NCBI GenBank assembly: GCA_045611965.1
Contig: JAZKYE010000068.1
Span: 10,064-74,063 of the forward strand
Reading direction: 5' to 3'
Length of the DNA stretch: 64,000 nucleotides
Source of the DNA: Eubacteriales bacterium
GTDB lineage: Bacteria > Bacillota > Clostridia > Oscillospirales > CAG-272
The notes under the pieces are model-generated. The model saw nothing but the letters and a program-made list of their open reading frames with translations, did not search any database and was not told where the DNA came from. This document shows positions 1 through 9,715 of this stretch, piece after piece; position 1 is the first letter of the stretch, and each line of letters opens with the position of its first letter. The position numbers were made by a program, and so were the translations under genes.

Positions 1-949
1 CCTTAATAGCGAAGAGGGGCTTTTCGGTATTGAATACGTAGGTGTAGGTAGAGAGCGCGTCTGCGGTCTTAACATCATCCTTGTTTTCCGCTCTGTCAGC
101 GAGTGACATATCGCTCATATAGAACACAACGTTCTTCTCAACGTCCTCTGCGGTAAAGAGAGCGGTATCGCCCTTGATATTAAAGGATGCGTGAAGCTCT
201 GCGGGGGTAACCTTCTTGGTGTAGTCCTTAACGGAAGTAGCCTGATGATAGCCTACGTTTCTTGCAAGGTTGAAGCTTCCCTGCGCGTAGTCAACAGTAC
301 CGATTTTGAAAGGACCGTTGGTAGCCGCGTAATTTACAATCTTCGTCCAATAGCCGCCCGTGGTTTCGTAAACGTCCTGACGGATGGGGGCGGTGGCAAC
401 GGATGCAAGGTTTTTAAGAAGTCTGTTAACGTCAGCGCCTGCGCGATAGGTAATGGTAATCTCATCAACCTCGGTAGCATACGCCTTAAGCTCGTAAATC
501 GACTTTTCACCGCGCTTGATTTCTACGGCATTCTCAATATCATAAAGAAGTGCTGCCGCCGCGTTTGCCTTAGTAGGCTCAAGAAGAATGTTTCTCCACG
601 CATAGATAAAGTCCTCTGCGTCAACGGGCTGCTCGTCCGACCAATAGGTCTCGCGAAGCTCGATGGTGATAGTGCGAAGCTCTTTATCAACGCGGTAGCC
701 CTTGGCAACGCCCGTCTTTTCAAGGTCGCCGTCATCAGAAAGTCTGAAAAGCGGCTCAAAGAGAAGGCTCATAAGCGCTTCCTGATTAGCATTAACGTAG
801 TAATCGCTGGGGTCGAAATCATAGATTTCCTCACCGAGATATACGCTGATCTCCGCGCCGGCATTCTTGGGTGCGCCGCACGACGAAAGCACCGTCATAC
901 AACCGAGAAGCGCGGCAAGGGTAAGGATAAGGCTGATAATCTTTTTCAT
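1..949 (-). CDS. oppA: Oligopeptide/peptide ABC transporter substrate-binding lipoprotein (family 5), 3' end outside the window
   Basis: Hand translation of the minus strand: MKKIISLILTLAALLGCMTVLSSC (lipobox) ... LFEPLFRL ... TIELRETYWSDEQPVDAEDFIYAW; GGAGGG RBS upstream; not in the ORF track because it is truncated. Confidence 0.85.
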   Translation of the reverse strand, partial: MKKIISLILTLAALLGCMTVLSSCGAPKNAGAEISVYLGEEIYDFDPSDYYVNANQEALMSLLFEPLFRLSDDGDLEKTGVAKGYRVDKELRTITIELRETYWSDEQPVDAEDFIYAWRNILLEPTKANAAAALLYDIENAVEIKRGEKSIYELKAYATEVDEITITYRAGADVNRLLKNLASVATAPIRQDVYETTGGYWTKIVNYAATNGPFKIGTVDYAQGSFNLARNVGYHQATSVKDYTKKVTPAELHASFNIKGDTALFTAEDVEKNVVFYMSDMSLADRAENKDDVKTADALSTYTYVFNTEKPLFAIK

Positions 950-1146
950 ACTGTCCCTCCGACATATATATTCTTACTGAAATATTCTAACACAAACGCG
1001 CGCCATTTTCAAGTTGTTTATGCTCTGCGCTGCGCTTTTTCGTGTAGTTGCACAAAGAGTGGAATTTTTCTTTGTGTCCTTTTAACAAAAATAAGTATAT
1101 TTTTCGCTCGCGCACACAAGATTTTTGAGAAAGGGGCGTGTTTTTT

Positions 1147-1953
1147 ATGTGTGGCTTCGATGGGGATAGCGGCTATATGTCCGACCTTGCGTGCGAGAGA
1201 GGGCGAATTGACACCTCGTGCGATGGGGTGGAATTTTCGCGTGTATCCGACGGTTTTGCCGTAATCGAGAGAATAGAAATTAAGGACGAAAGAGGTGAGG
1301 CTGCCCTGCTTCGGCCGAGGGGACATTACGTCACGCTTCACACGGGGGCGCTTGAGTGTCTTTCGCTCTCTGACATAAGGCTTTGCGAGCAGGCGGTCTT
1401 TGGCGAGCTATGCAGAATTTTTAATGCAGACAAAATTAAGACCGACCGTATTCTAACAGTAGGGCTTGGCGCGGCAAGCCTGACGCCCGACTCGGTAGGG
1501 CCAAAGACGGCAAGGCTGATAAGCGTAGGCTCTGACGAGGGTGACACGGGACACCGCCCACGAAGAGTTATGTCTTTTGAGGCAGGCGTTTTTTCCGACA
1601 CGGGTATATACTCACACGAAATTGCAGCCGCGCTTTGCGACAGATTGAAGCCCGATGCGGTTATTGCCGTTGACGCGCTTGCATCGACCTCTGAAGAGCG
1701 GCTGTCAAGCTGTATTCAGCTAAACGATACGGGCATATTTCCAGGCTCGGGGCTTGGTAGGCGTATGTATCCGATAAGCAGGGCTACTGTCGGTGTGCCC
1801 GTGATCGCGATAGGCGTGCCAACCGTCTTGCGTACTGCATCAAGGGGGGATACGGATATTCCCCTTGCGGTCTGCAAAAGAGAGATTGACCTTGTGACAA
1901 ATATTGCGGCTCAAATTATCGCAGGCGGCATTAACATGCTGTCGGACGGGTAA
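1147..1953 (+). CDS. gpr: GPR endopeptidase (spore germination protease family)
   Basis: VGLG..LTPDSVGP, VIAVDALAS, IQLNDTGIFPGSG and VPVIAIGVPTV motifs; start approximate. Confidence 0.85.
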   Translation: MCGFDGDSGYMSDLACERGRIDTSCDGVEFSRVSDGFAVIERIEIKDERGEAALLRPRGHYVTLHTGALECLSLSDIRLCEQAVFGELCRIFNADKIKTDRILTVGLGAASLTPDSVGPKTARLISVGSDEGDTGHRPRRVMSFEAGVFSDTGIYSHEIAAALCDRLKPDAVIAVDALASTSEERLSSCIQLNDTGIFPGSGLGRRMYPISRATVGVPVIAIGVPTVLRTASRGDTDIPLAVCKREIDLVTNIAAQIIAGGINMLSDG

Positions 1954-1957
1954 AAAA

Positions 1958-2094
1958 GGGGCTGTCACATTTGGTAAGGGCGAAAAAGACCAAAAGTAAA
2001 CAAAAAACGCCTCAATTATAACAAAAAAGTGTAAATAAGATGATAAAGCGAAGAAATCCTGTGAATTTCTTCACCGGTCTAATTCTTTTGCCGT
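1958..2094. mobile_element. Non-autonomous element end (GGGGCTG... family); inverted homologue at 14537-14673
   Basis: Shares TTTGGTAAG, CGAAAAAGACC, TAAAGCGAAGAAATCCTGTG.ATTTCTTC and GGTCTAATT.TTTTGCCG with the reverse complement of 14537-14673. Confidence 0.6.
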
Positions 2095-2209
2095 TTCCTT
2101 CCTCTCGAAGTACGTATATACGAAAACATAAAGACAAATACGCACGGCGTATTTGCTTCGGGGCGGATAACGACGCTTCTTCCCTAAATCTGCCTATCCC
2201 CCATAGAAA

Positions 2210-2251
2210 TTTAGGGGCTGTCTCAAATTCGCATTTGAGACAGCCCCTAAA
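2210..2251. repeat. Perfect palindrome / bidirectional terminator of the GGGGCTGTCTCAAAT family
   Basis: TTTAGGGGCTGTCTCAAAT-tcgc-ATTTGAGACAGCCCCTAAA between convergent genes; related hairpins at 38157 and 49614. Confidence 0.75.
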
Positions 2252-2264
2252 CAATAATCTTAAA

Positions 2265-2846
2265 TTAATCAATCACGATATCGCAAAGGTCGCGCTTGGG
2301 CACGAAATTGCAATCGCCCTTGCGGTAATATTTCACATCACCGTCGTTCATTCTGATAATTTCAACACGCTCGTCATCCTTACCGAGCGCAATAACGAGG
2401 TGCGGGGTAAGACCGTCCTTTTTTATATATGACGAAATACCCTCACGCTTAAAGCTTCTTATCATACAAGAGCCGTAGCCTGCCTCACGCGCGGCAAGCA
2501 CGATGCTCTGCGCGCAGATACCGATATCAATAGCCAGATTAGTATCGGGCATCTCTTCCTCCGCAAGCAAAACGATATAGGCAGACGGACGCATATCCGC
2601 GCTCGGACGGTCCGTCTCGGGAAGGTAGCCACCGAGGGAAATATGCGAAAATACACCGTCTGCATCCCTTTCGCAAATCAGCTTAAACGAGAGTCTCTGA
2701 CGGTTAGCGGCACTTGGCGAGAGCCTTGCCGCGTCAACGAAGGAAAGAAGCTCATCACGGGTGGGTGCTTGGGTGCGCTTATACCTTCTCACAGTTCTGC
2801 AAGCGCGAACGAGAGCCTGGAAGCCTTCAAAAGTCATTTTATCCAT
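2265..2846 (-). CDS. Nitroreductase family protein
   Basis: RTVRRY, AARLSPSAANRQ, DIGICAQSIVLAA..GYGSC. Confidence 0.9.
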   Translation of the reverse strand: MDKMTFEGFQALVRACRTVRRYKRTQAPTRDELLSFVDAARLSPSAANRQRLSFKLICERDADGVFSHISLGGYLPETDRPSADMRPSAYIVLLAEEEMPDTNLAIDIGICAQSIVLAAREAGYGSCMIRSFKREGISSYIKKDGLTPHLVIALGKDDERVEIIRMNDGDVKYYRKGDCNFVPKRDLCDIVID

Positions 2847-2901
2847 ATTATCACCTTTATCTAACAATTATTTACATTTTCCGATGTTTTCAGAAAATAC
2901 A

Positions 2902-4179
2902 TCAGAAAACAAAATCAAATTCAAGACCAAAAATGCTAACGGTATCACCCTCATTGATACCTGCTTCCTTAAGCCTTGCGATAACACCGTTCTTGATAAG
3001 CGAGCGTTGGAAATACGACAAGGATTCGCGGTCAGAGAAGTTAATCTGCCCCATAAAGTTATACAGCCAATCACCCTCGACGTAGTACACGCCGTCGCGC
3101 ACTGTAACGGTAACCTCGGTGCCCTGATTCAGGAAGAGGCTATCGTCGTCGCTCATCTCGGATTCCCATACAGTGAGCGGCGGCAGGTCGCGAAGCGCCC
3201 TCTCGGTCATTTTAACAAGCTCGTCAAGTCCCTCGCCGGTTACGGCACTGACGAAAACAAGCTCGCGTCCAAGGTCGGCGGCATACTCACGGAAGGCTCT
3301 TATCTCTTCGGAATCCATATCAACCGCGTCGCACTTATTTGCTACTATTATCTGCGGTCTTTCCGAAAGGTTTTGCGAATAATTTATAAGCTCTCTGTCA
3401 ATAGCCTCAACGTCCTCTATCGGATTTCTCAAATCCTGCGAGGAAATATCCACCACGTGAAGAAGAAGCCTGCATCTGTCAACGTGGCGCAAAAACGCGT
3501 GTCCAAGCCCAAGTCCCTCTGCCGCGCCCACGATAAGACCCGGGATGTCCGCGCAGAGGAAGCCTCTGCCCTCTGCCACCGAAACCATTCCGAGGTTCGG
3601 TGAAAGGGTGGTGAAATGGTAGTTTGCAATCTTTGGCTTTGCCGCGGATATGCGTGAAAGTATTGAAGATTTTCCGACGTTGGGGAAGCCGACAAGTCCT
3701 ACCTCTGCAAGCATTTTAAGCTCGAGCAGCACCTCTCTCTCTTCGCCCCTCGTTCCGTTCTTGGCAAACCTCGGTATCTGCCTCGTCGGGGTAGCAAAGT
3801 GACGGTTGCCGAAGCCGCCGCGTCCGCCCTTACATACGACGAACTCATCGGCAGAAGCCATATCGAAAATAATTCTTCCGTCAGAGGGGTCCTTGATAAG
3901 CGTTCCGCGTGGCACTAAAATTACGGTATCCTTGCCGTTTTTGCCGTGCTTCTTGCCGCCCTTTCCGCCCTCACCGCATTCAGCGACGAACTTTCTCTTG
4001 TATCTGAATGCGAGAAGCGTATTCGCACCCTCGTCAACCTTGAATATTATATTGCCGCCGCGACCGCCGTCACCGCCGTCGGGTCCACCCTCGGAAACGT
4101 ATTTCTCGCGGTGGAAGGTAATGGCGCCGTTACCGCCATCGCCTGCCTTCAGGTAAATTTTAATGTTATCAATAAACAC
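2902..4179 (-). CDS. obg: GTPase ObgE/CgtA with Firmicute C-terminal (OCT) domain
   Basis: Gly-rich Obg domain, GFPNVGKS, YHFTT, DIPG, NKCD. Confidence 0.98.
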   Translation of the reverse strand: MFIDNIKIYLKAGDGGNGAITFHREKYVSEGGPDGGDGGRGGNIIFKVDEGANTLLAFRYKRKFVAECGEGGKGGKKHGKNGKDTVILVPRGTLIKDPSDGRIIFDMASADEFVVCKGGRGGFGNRHFATPTRQIPRFAKNGTRGEEREVLLELKMLAEVGLVGFPNVGKSSILSRISAAKPKIANYHFTTLSPNLGMVSVAEGRGFLCADIPGLIVGAAEGLGLGHAFLRHVDRCRLLLHVVDISSQDLRNPIEDVEAIDRELINYSQNLSERPQIIVANKCDAVDMDSEEIRAFREYAADLGRELVFVSAVTGEGLDELVKMTERALRDLPPLTVWESEMSDDDSLFLNQGTEVTVTVRDGVYYVEGDWLYNFMGQINFSDRESLSYFQRSLIKNGVIARLKEAGINEGDTVSIFGLEFDFVF

Positions 4180-4223
4180 AAAGCATCACTCCTCTCGTGT
4201 TTTCTCTTGGCTCATTTAAAAGC

Positions 4224-5555
4224 CTAATCCTCTTTATCGCCCTTTTGTCTGATGATTATCCTGATGGGCGTGCCCGCAAATCCGAAGGTGTCGCGCAGGC
4301 AATTCTCTATATATCTTCTGTACGAGAAGTGGAATAGCTCTTCGGAATTGCAGAAGATAACGAATGTAGGCGGACGCACGGATATTTGCGTCATATAGTA
4401 AATTTTAAGGCGTTTGCCCTTGTCCGACGGGGGCTGTACGCGGTTCATTGCGTCGTTAAGAACGTCGTTGAGCATACCCGTGCTGACTCTGTGACAGGAC
4501 TCGTTGTAAACGTCGTTAATCATCCGGTAGAGGTTCATAACCCTCTGCCCCGTCAGTGCCGATACGAAAATTATAGGCGCGTAGGGCATATATGCAAGGG
4601 CGGTTCTTATCTGCCTTGTGTACTCGTTTACAGTAGAGTTATCCTTATCAACCGCATCCCACTTGTTTACTACGATGATAGACGCCTTTCCTGCCTCGTG
4701 GGCAATTCCTGCAATCTTCTCATCCTGCTCGCAGATGCCGTCCTTGCCGTCGATGAGTATAAGGCACACGTCTGCACGCTCAACCGCCATATTAGCGCGA
4801 AGAACGCTGTATTTTTCTATTCTGTCCTCAACCTTCGATTTTCTGCGTATTCCTGCAGTATCAATAAAGTTGTATCTGCCGTAGTCGTTCTCAACGAGCG
4901 TATCGACAGCGTCGCGCGTAGTGCCTGCTATGTCCGAAACTATCATTCGCTCTTCAGAGCACATACGGTTGATGATAGAGGACTTTCCTGCGTTGGGCTT
5001 ACCGATAACCGCAACCGATATAACGTCGCTATCGTCACTCTCTTGCTCGTCAAAGCTGCATTTTGAAAGCACCGCGTCAAGCAGGTCGCCAGAGCCCGTG
5101 CCGTGAAGCGAGGATATCGCAATAGGCTCGTCATCAAAGCCAAGCTCGTAAAACTCGTAAAATTCAAGCGGCATATCGCCTACTCTGTCAACCTTGTTTA
5201 CGCAAAGCACGATAGGCTTGCCCGAGCGTTTGAGCATAACCGCAATATCGCGGTCATCGGCAAGAAGGCCTGCTCTGACGTCGCACATAAACACGATAAC
5301 ATCGGCAGTGAGAATAGCAAGCTCTGCCTGCGTACGCATCTGCTTTAAAATGGTATCGTCGCTCTTGGGCTCAATGCCGCCCGTATCAATAACGGTGAAT
5401 TTTCTGCCGCACCATTCAGCATCGGCATATATTCTGTCGCGGGTAACACCAGGGGTATCCTCAACGATAGAGCGTCTTTCACCTATAAGCTTATTAAATA
5501 GCGTAGATTTGCCGACGTTAGGTCTGCCGACAATAGCTATAACCGGTTTTGCCAT
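4224..5555 (-). CDS. der: Ribosome biogenesis GTPase Der (EngA)
   Basis: Two G-domains (GRPNVGKS, GKPNAGKS), DTGG/DTAG, C-terminal KH-like domain. Confidence 0.98.
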   Translation of the reverse strand: MAKPVIAIVGRPNVGKSTLFNKLIGERRSIVEDTPGVTRDRIYADAEWCGRKFTVIDTGGIEPKSDDTILKQMRTQAELAILTADVIVFMCDVRAGLLADDRDIAVMLKRSGKPIVLCVNKVDRVGDMPLEFYEFYELGFDDEPIAISSLHGTGSGDLLDAVLSKCSFDEQESDDSDVISVAVIGKPNAGKSSIINRMCSEERMIVSDIAGTTRDAVDTLVENDYGRYNFIDTAGIRRKSKVEDRIEKYSVLRANMAVERADVCLILIDGKDGICEQDEKIAGIAHEAGKASIIVVNKWDAVDKDNSTVNEYTRQIRTALAYMPYAPIIFVSALTGQRVMNLYRMINDVYNESCHRVSTGMLNDVLNDAMNRVQPPSDKGKRLKIYYMTQISVRPPTFVIFCNSEELFHFSYRRYIENCLRDTFGFAGTPIRIIIRQKGDKED

Positions 5556-5587
5556 TATATATCTCCCTTCTGACCGTCAATATTTTT

Positions 5588-6904
5588 CTATACCGAAAGC
5601 ACTGTGCGAAGCAGCTCGTAGCCGTCAGCACCCGATGCCACGACCTTAACGCGAAGCTTCCTTGAAAGCTCGCGGCGCGTCATGCCGCAAAGGAAGTCGT
5701 CATCGCCCTCGCGCAGAGCATTTTCCGGCACGATAAGCGCGCTGCCAAGCTCTTTATCCTTCAGCTGGTCGTATATGTCAGCACCCGTGAGAAGTCCTGA
5801 CACAGTAATACTCTCGCCAAAGAAATTATTTTTGATTTTGTAAACTCTTATTTTCATATTGGGGCAAAGCTGCATAATTTCATCACAAAGCGACGAAATC
5901 GTATCGTATGCGAGCGCGCCCGTAACAACCGATATGCTTTTGCGTTTCAAAAGAGCCCTGCCCATATCGGCGGCATCACTTCTGGCAAGCGAAAATTCCT
6001 CTATAAACGAGCGAAGCATACCAACGCCGTTTTCTATCTGCATATAGCCCTCGTAAAAGTCCTCGTCGGGTATCGGAAGCTCTGCCTTAAGATACAGCTC
6101 GTCTGCGGGGAAGAACATTCTCGTGCCCCACTTTTCTATCATACCGTCACCGAAGGCCTCGACCGCGCGGATAATCTCTCTCGCCTCGTCCTTGGTGTAT
6201 TCACAAAGAGGATAGAGCCCATCTCTGTGAGAGGTAAGTCCTGCCGGAACTATGGACACAGAAGCAAGCTCCGGCGCATAGCCCGACAGGTCGCGCATAG
6301 TGCGAAGAAGCTCTTCACCGTCGTTTACGCCACGGCAAAGCACGACCTGCCCTGCCATAGTGAGCCCTGCGCGCTTGAAGTCATCGAGGTATTTCAGCAC
6401 CTCGCCGGAACGCTTGTTCTTCATCATCTTAACGCGAAGATCGGGGTTGGTCGTATGCACCGAAATATTTATAGGGCTCATACGCATCTTGATGATGCGG
6501 GCGACATCGGAATCGCTCATATTGGTAAGAGTAACGTAATTACCGTGTATAAACGACAGCCTTGAATCGTCGTCCTTAAAATAAATCGGCTCGCGCATTC
6601 CCTTGGGGTTTTGGTCTATGAAGCAGAATATACATCCGTTTTTGCAGGAATGCTTTTTGTCCATAAGCGGGGTTTCAAAGGTAAGCCCGATATCGTCATA
6701 CTCATCCTTCTCAATGCTTACCGAATACGGCTTGTCCGCGCGCAGAAGCCCGAGTGTAATATCCCTCTCTGCGAGGTAATAGCGGTAGTCGAGCACGTCG
6801 GAAATTTCGTTTCCGTTTATTGATACAAGCATATCGTTTGGCTTTATTTTTGCTTTAGCGGCAAGCGAGCGTCTTGCAACCGAAACTATCTTTACCACGG
6901 TCAA
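5588..6904 (-). CDS. PDZ + radical-SAM-like DUF512 protein
   Basis: N-terminal PDZ-like region, CKNGCIFC, YFKDDDSRLSF, QIENGVG; usual neighbour of der. Confidence 0.88.
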   Translation of the reverse strand: MTVVKIVSVARRSLAAKAKIKPNDMLVSINGNEISDVLDYRYYLAERDITLGLLRADKPYSVSIEKDEYDDIGLTFETPLMDKKHSCKNGCIFCFIDQNPKGMREPIYFKDDDSRLSFIHGNYVTLTNMSDSDVARIIKMRMSPINISVHTTNPDLRVKMMKNKRSGEVLKYLDDFKRAGLTMAGQVVLCRGVNDGEELLRTMRDLSGYAPELASVSIVPAGLTSHRDGLYPLCEYTKDEAREIIRAVEAFGDGMIEKWGTRMFFPADELYLKAELPIPDEDFYEGYMQIENGVGMLRSFIEEFSLARSDAADMGRALLKRKSISVVTGALAYDTISSLCDEIMQLCPNMKIRVYKIKNNFFGESITVSGLLTGADIYDQLKDKELGSALIVPENALREGDDDFLCGMTRRELSRKLRVKVVASGADGYELLRTVLSV

Positions 6905-6997
6905 ATCCCCCTTTCAGACATAATATGCCGCATATATCATAGCACAAAGCCTCGCAAAAATCAATAATTTATTAAAATATACTTATAATAATTATTA

Positions 6998-7026
6998 TTG
7001 ACAAAAGATGCGCCTTGGGATATAAT
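6998..7026 (+). promoter_or_regulatory. Sigma-A promoter of the lnt-mrr operon
   Basis: TTGACA-17 nt-TATAAT. Confidence 0.85.
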
Positions 7027-7080
7027 TATTTTAGGATATTATGCCACGCAGATGCCGAGGCAGGAAATGGGGGTGACACA

Positions 7081-8739
7081 ATGGAAGCGAAGGCGAAATC
7101 ATATCTTATAATTCTCGTCAGTGCCTGTCTTTCGGGGCTCGCCACGATACTGCCTAATCAGCTTGGGCTTATCGCGTGGGTGTCGGTCAGCGGATTTTTC
7201 GCGGTGCTTTTCACTAATCTTTGCAGCGCTCGCGCAAGGCTTCGCCACTTCTATCTTATGGGACTTACCTACTTCGCCGTCTTTTATGCGTGTGCGTTCC
7301 ATTTCTTTTTCTATATGCATCCGCTCGACTTTACGGGCATATACGGATTAGCGTCAATTCTCGTGGTATTCTTCTGCTGGATAGGTCTGTCGGCGCTTCA
7401 GGCGGCAATCAGCGCGCTTTTCATTATGCTCATCGGTGCTATCGCACGGGGCGGACTTTTCAGGCGATTCAGATGGGCGCTCATTCCCGTATGCGCCTGC
7501 ACGCTCGTGCTTCTCGAATGGTTTCAGACCGTCGGCTGGTGGGGCGTGCCGTTTGCAAGGCTTTCGTTAAGCCAGACCGTCGGTGAGATTTTCTTCGGCT
7601 CGGCGGCATACTTCGGCTCTTATTTCATCACCCTTTGCATCGCCCTCTTTAACGCGGCGTTCGCCTATCTGTATCTCGTGCTTTGCGGCAAATTTGAGGT
7701 AAGCAAAAGGGCTGTCTGCGCGCGCACCTTATCGCTCATAGCGCTTTGTGTTTTCGTCCTTAACCTCACACTCGGCATCGTCAATACGGTCACAACCGAT
7801 AAAGCCACGGCGCGCGAGGAAAAGATAACCGTCGCGGTGGTTCAGGGAAACTTCTCGTCAAAGACTGCCTATAGCGCTGACCCCTACGACATCATTGAGG
7901 AATATGCGTATCTTACCGCCGAGGTGTGCAGACGGGACGTTGACCTCGTTATATGGCCCGAAACCGCGATTCCCTACCCTGTTAGCGAGGGCGGTGCGCT
8001 TGAAAAGAAAATCGCGGCTATCGCAAGGAAGAATAAAGTACCCATTCTCTACGGTGCGCTTCGCTATACCGATACCTATTACAACTGCACGTTTCTTGCC
8101 CATCCTGATGGTGTGATTGACACAACTGTTTACAAAAAGAGGCATTTAGTTCCCTTCGGCGAGTATATGCCTATGCGCGATATACTCGCGTTATTCCTTC
8201 CGTTCCTTGAGGATATTTCTATGCTTTCAAGCGATATGACACCGGGCGAGGGCACGGAAATATTCGAGGTTGATGGCATCGGTAAAATCGGTAGCATCAT
8301 CTGCTTTGACTCGATATACGAAACGCTTACGCGCGACACGGTCAGGGATGGCGCAGAGCTTATCGCTCTTGGCACAAACGACTCGTGGTTCTGCGACTCG
8401 GTTGCCATTTATCTTCACAACAACCACGCAAGAATGAGGGCGGTGGAATCCGCGCGCTATATTGCAAGAGCCGCTGTTACCGGTGTCAGCACCGTCATAT
8501 CACCCACGGGTAAAATACTTGCACAAACCGAGCTTTTATGCGAGGACTACGCCATAGGGCGCGTGTCATTAAGAAGCACACGAACGCTATACTCATATAT
8601 AGGTGATATTGCCGTTGCTCTGTGCTTCGCTACCATTCTTTGCGCGGCAGGCTACGCGATATATCTTAAAAAAGCGAGCAACATCACCAATGACGAAATC
8701 GCCACACAATCAGGGGGTGAAGAAAATGAAAGCACCTAA
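7081..8739 (+). CDS. lnt: Apolipoprotein N-acyltransferase
   Basis: N-terminal TM bundle, VVQGN, WPETA (Glu), YKKRHLVPFGEY (Lys), IICFDS (Cys), TNDSWF, RAVE. Confidence 0.9.
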   Translation: MEAKAKSYLIILVSACLSGLATILPNQLGLIAWVSVSGFFAVLFTNLCSARARLRHFYLMGLTYFAVFYACAFHFFFYMHPLDFTGIYGLASILVVFFCWIGLSALQAAISALFIMLIGAIARGGLFRRFRWALIPVCACTLVLLEWFQTVGWWGVPFARLSLSQTVGEIFFGSAAYFGSYFITLCIALFNAAFAYLYLVLCGKFEVSKRAVCARTLSLIALCVFVLNLTLGIVNTVTTDKATAREEKITVAVVQGNFSSKTAYSADPYDIIEEYAYLTAEVCRRDVDLVIWPETAIPYPVSEGGALEKKIAAIARKNKVPILYGALRYTDTYYNCTFLAHPDGVIDTTVYKKRHLVPFGEYMPMRDILALFLPFLEDISMLSSDMTPGEGTEIFEVDGIGKIGSIICFDSIYETLTRDTVRDGAELIALGTNDSWFCDSVAIYLHNNHARMRAVESARYIARAAVTGVSTVISPTGKILAQTELLCEDYAIGRVSLRSTRTLYSYIGDIAVALCFATILCAAGYAIYLKKASNITNDEIATQSGGEENEST

Positions 8740-9715
8740 TCAAAGCAAGGCACTTAATTTCAAGCTTCTCGACATTCTGACAAAATCACCAAGGACGAGG
8801 CGCGAGCTTATCGACGAGTATATACTTTCGCTTCCTCTTACGAAGGAAGAGCGGCTTGACCGCTCGACGGGCGGAAAGGCAAATCTCTACCGCTCGTACG
8901 CAGGCGCGGCGCTTAACGATATGATAAGGCGCGGTATAGTTATCCGCGGTGAGGGCGGTATTTACTCGGCAACCGAGCAAAAGCCCGTCGTTATACGAAA
9001 TGAAAAATGCGAGCGTCACATCCTGAAGCTTCTTGCGTCGGGACCTATGACTAAAAACGAGCTTCGCACAAATCTCGCTCAATTTTTCGGAACGGATAAA
9101 ACCCTGACCGAGCGCGACGATAACAAGCTGTATTCCGTCATCGGTGAGATTTTACGCAAGCTTCAGTCGTTGGGCATCATAAGGCTTCAGGACAGACTTT
9201 ACTCGCTTCCTGAGCGCGTTGAGGCGAGGATTGACGATATTGAGGGAATGCTGACTCTCAAAGAGAGCTTTCTCGGTGCAATTCACAAGCGCGGCGGCGA
9301 ATTTTTCGAATACTATTTTATGTCGCTTCTTGAAAGGTACCTGATAAAGCACTCGAAGGTCGTGCTCTCAAACGAAATCACGGGTGGCGCATCCGACGGG
9401 GGCATCGACGGCATTATAACGACCTGTGACTGTCTTGGCTTCCGCGAAACCATAATGGTGCAGACAAAAAACCGCACCGACTCGACGAGCGAAACCGATG
9501 TCAGAAGCTTCTGGGGCGCGGTATGTGCAAAGCAGGGCTCGCGCGGTATTTTCGCGACGACGGCAGACTTCCACTACTCAGCAGGACAATTTCTTAAGAG
9601 TATTGACAACTGCGTTGGCGTTGACGGTGACAAGCTGTTTAAGATGGCGCTTGAGGCTCTTTACGGTATTAAGAAATCGGGCGCTGCCTACTCGGTTGAC
9701 GAAAGGATTATATGA
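8726..9715 (+). CDS. mrr: Mrr-family (type IV) restriction endonuclease with two N-terminal winged-helix-like domains
   Basis: GEFFE, SDGGIDG, VQTK, DVRSFWGA, RGIFATTADF, VDGDKL; ATG overlaps the lnt end. Confidence 0.8.
   Translation: MKAPNQSKALNFKLLDILTKSPRTRRELIDEYILSLPLTKEERLDRSTGGKANLYRSYAGAALNDMIRRGIVIRGEGGIYSATEQKPVVIRNEKCERHILKLLASGPMTKNELRTNLAQFFGTDKTLTERDDNKLYSVIGEILRKLQSLGIIRLQDRLYSLPERVEARIDDIEGMLTLKESFLGAIHKRGGEFFEYYFMSLLERYLIKHSKVVLSNEITGGASDGGIDGIITTCDCLGFRETIMVQTKNRTDSTSETDVRSFWGAVCAKQGSRGIFATTADFHYSAGQFLKSIDNCVGVDGDKLFKMALEALYGIKKSGAAYSVDERII

Noticed and set aside
191-1264. 357-aa plus-strand ORF
   Set aside because: Antisense shadow of the oppA-like gene, which has an RBS, lipobox and family motifs on the minus strand
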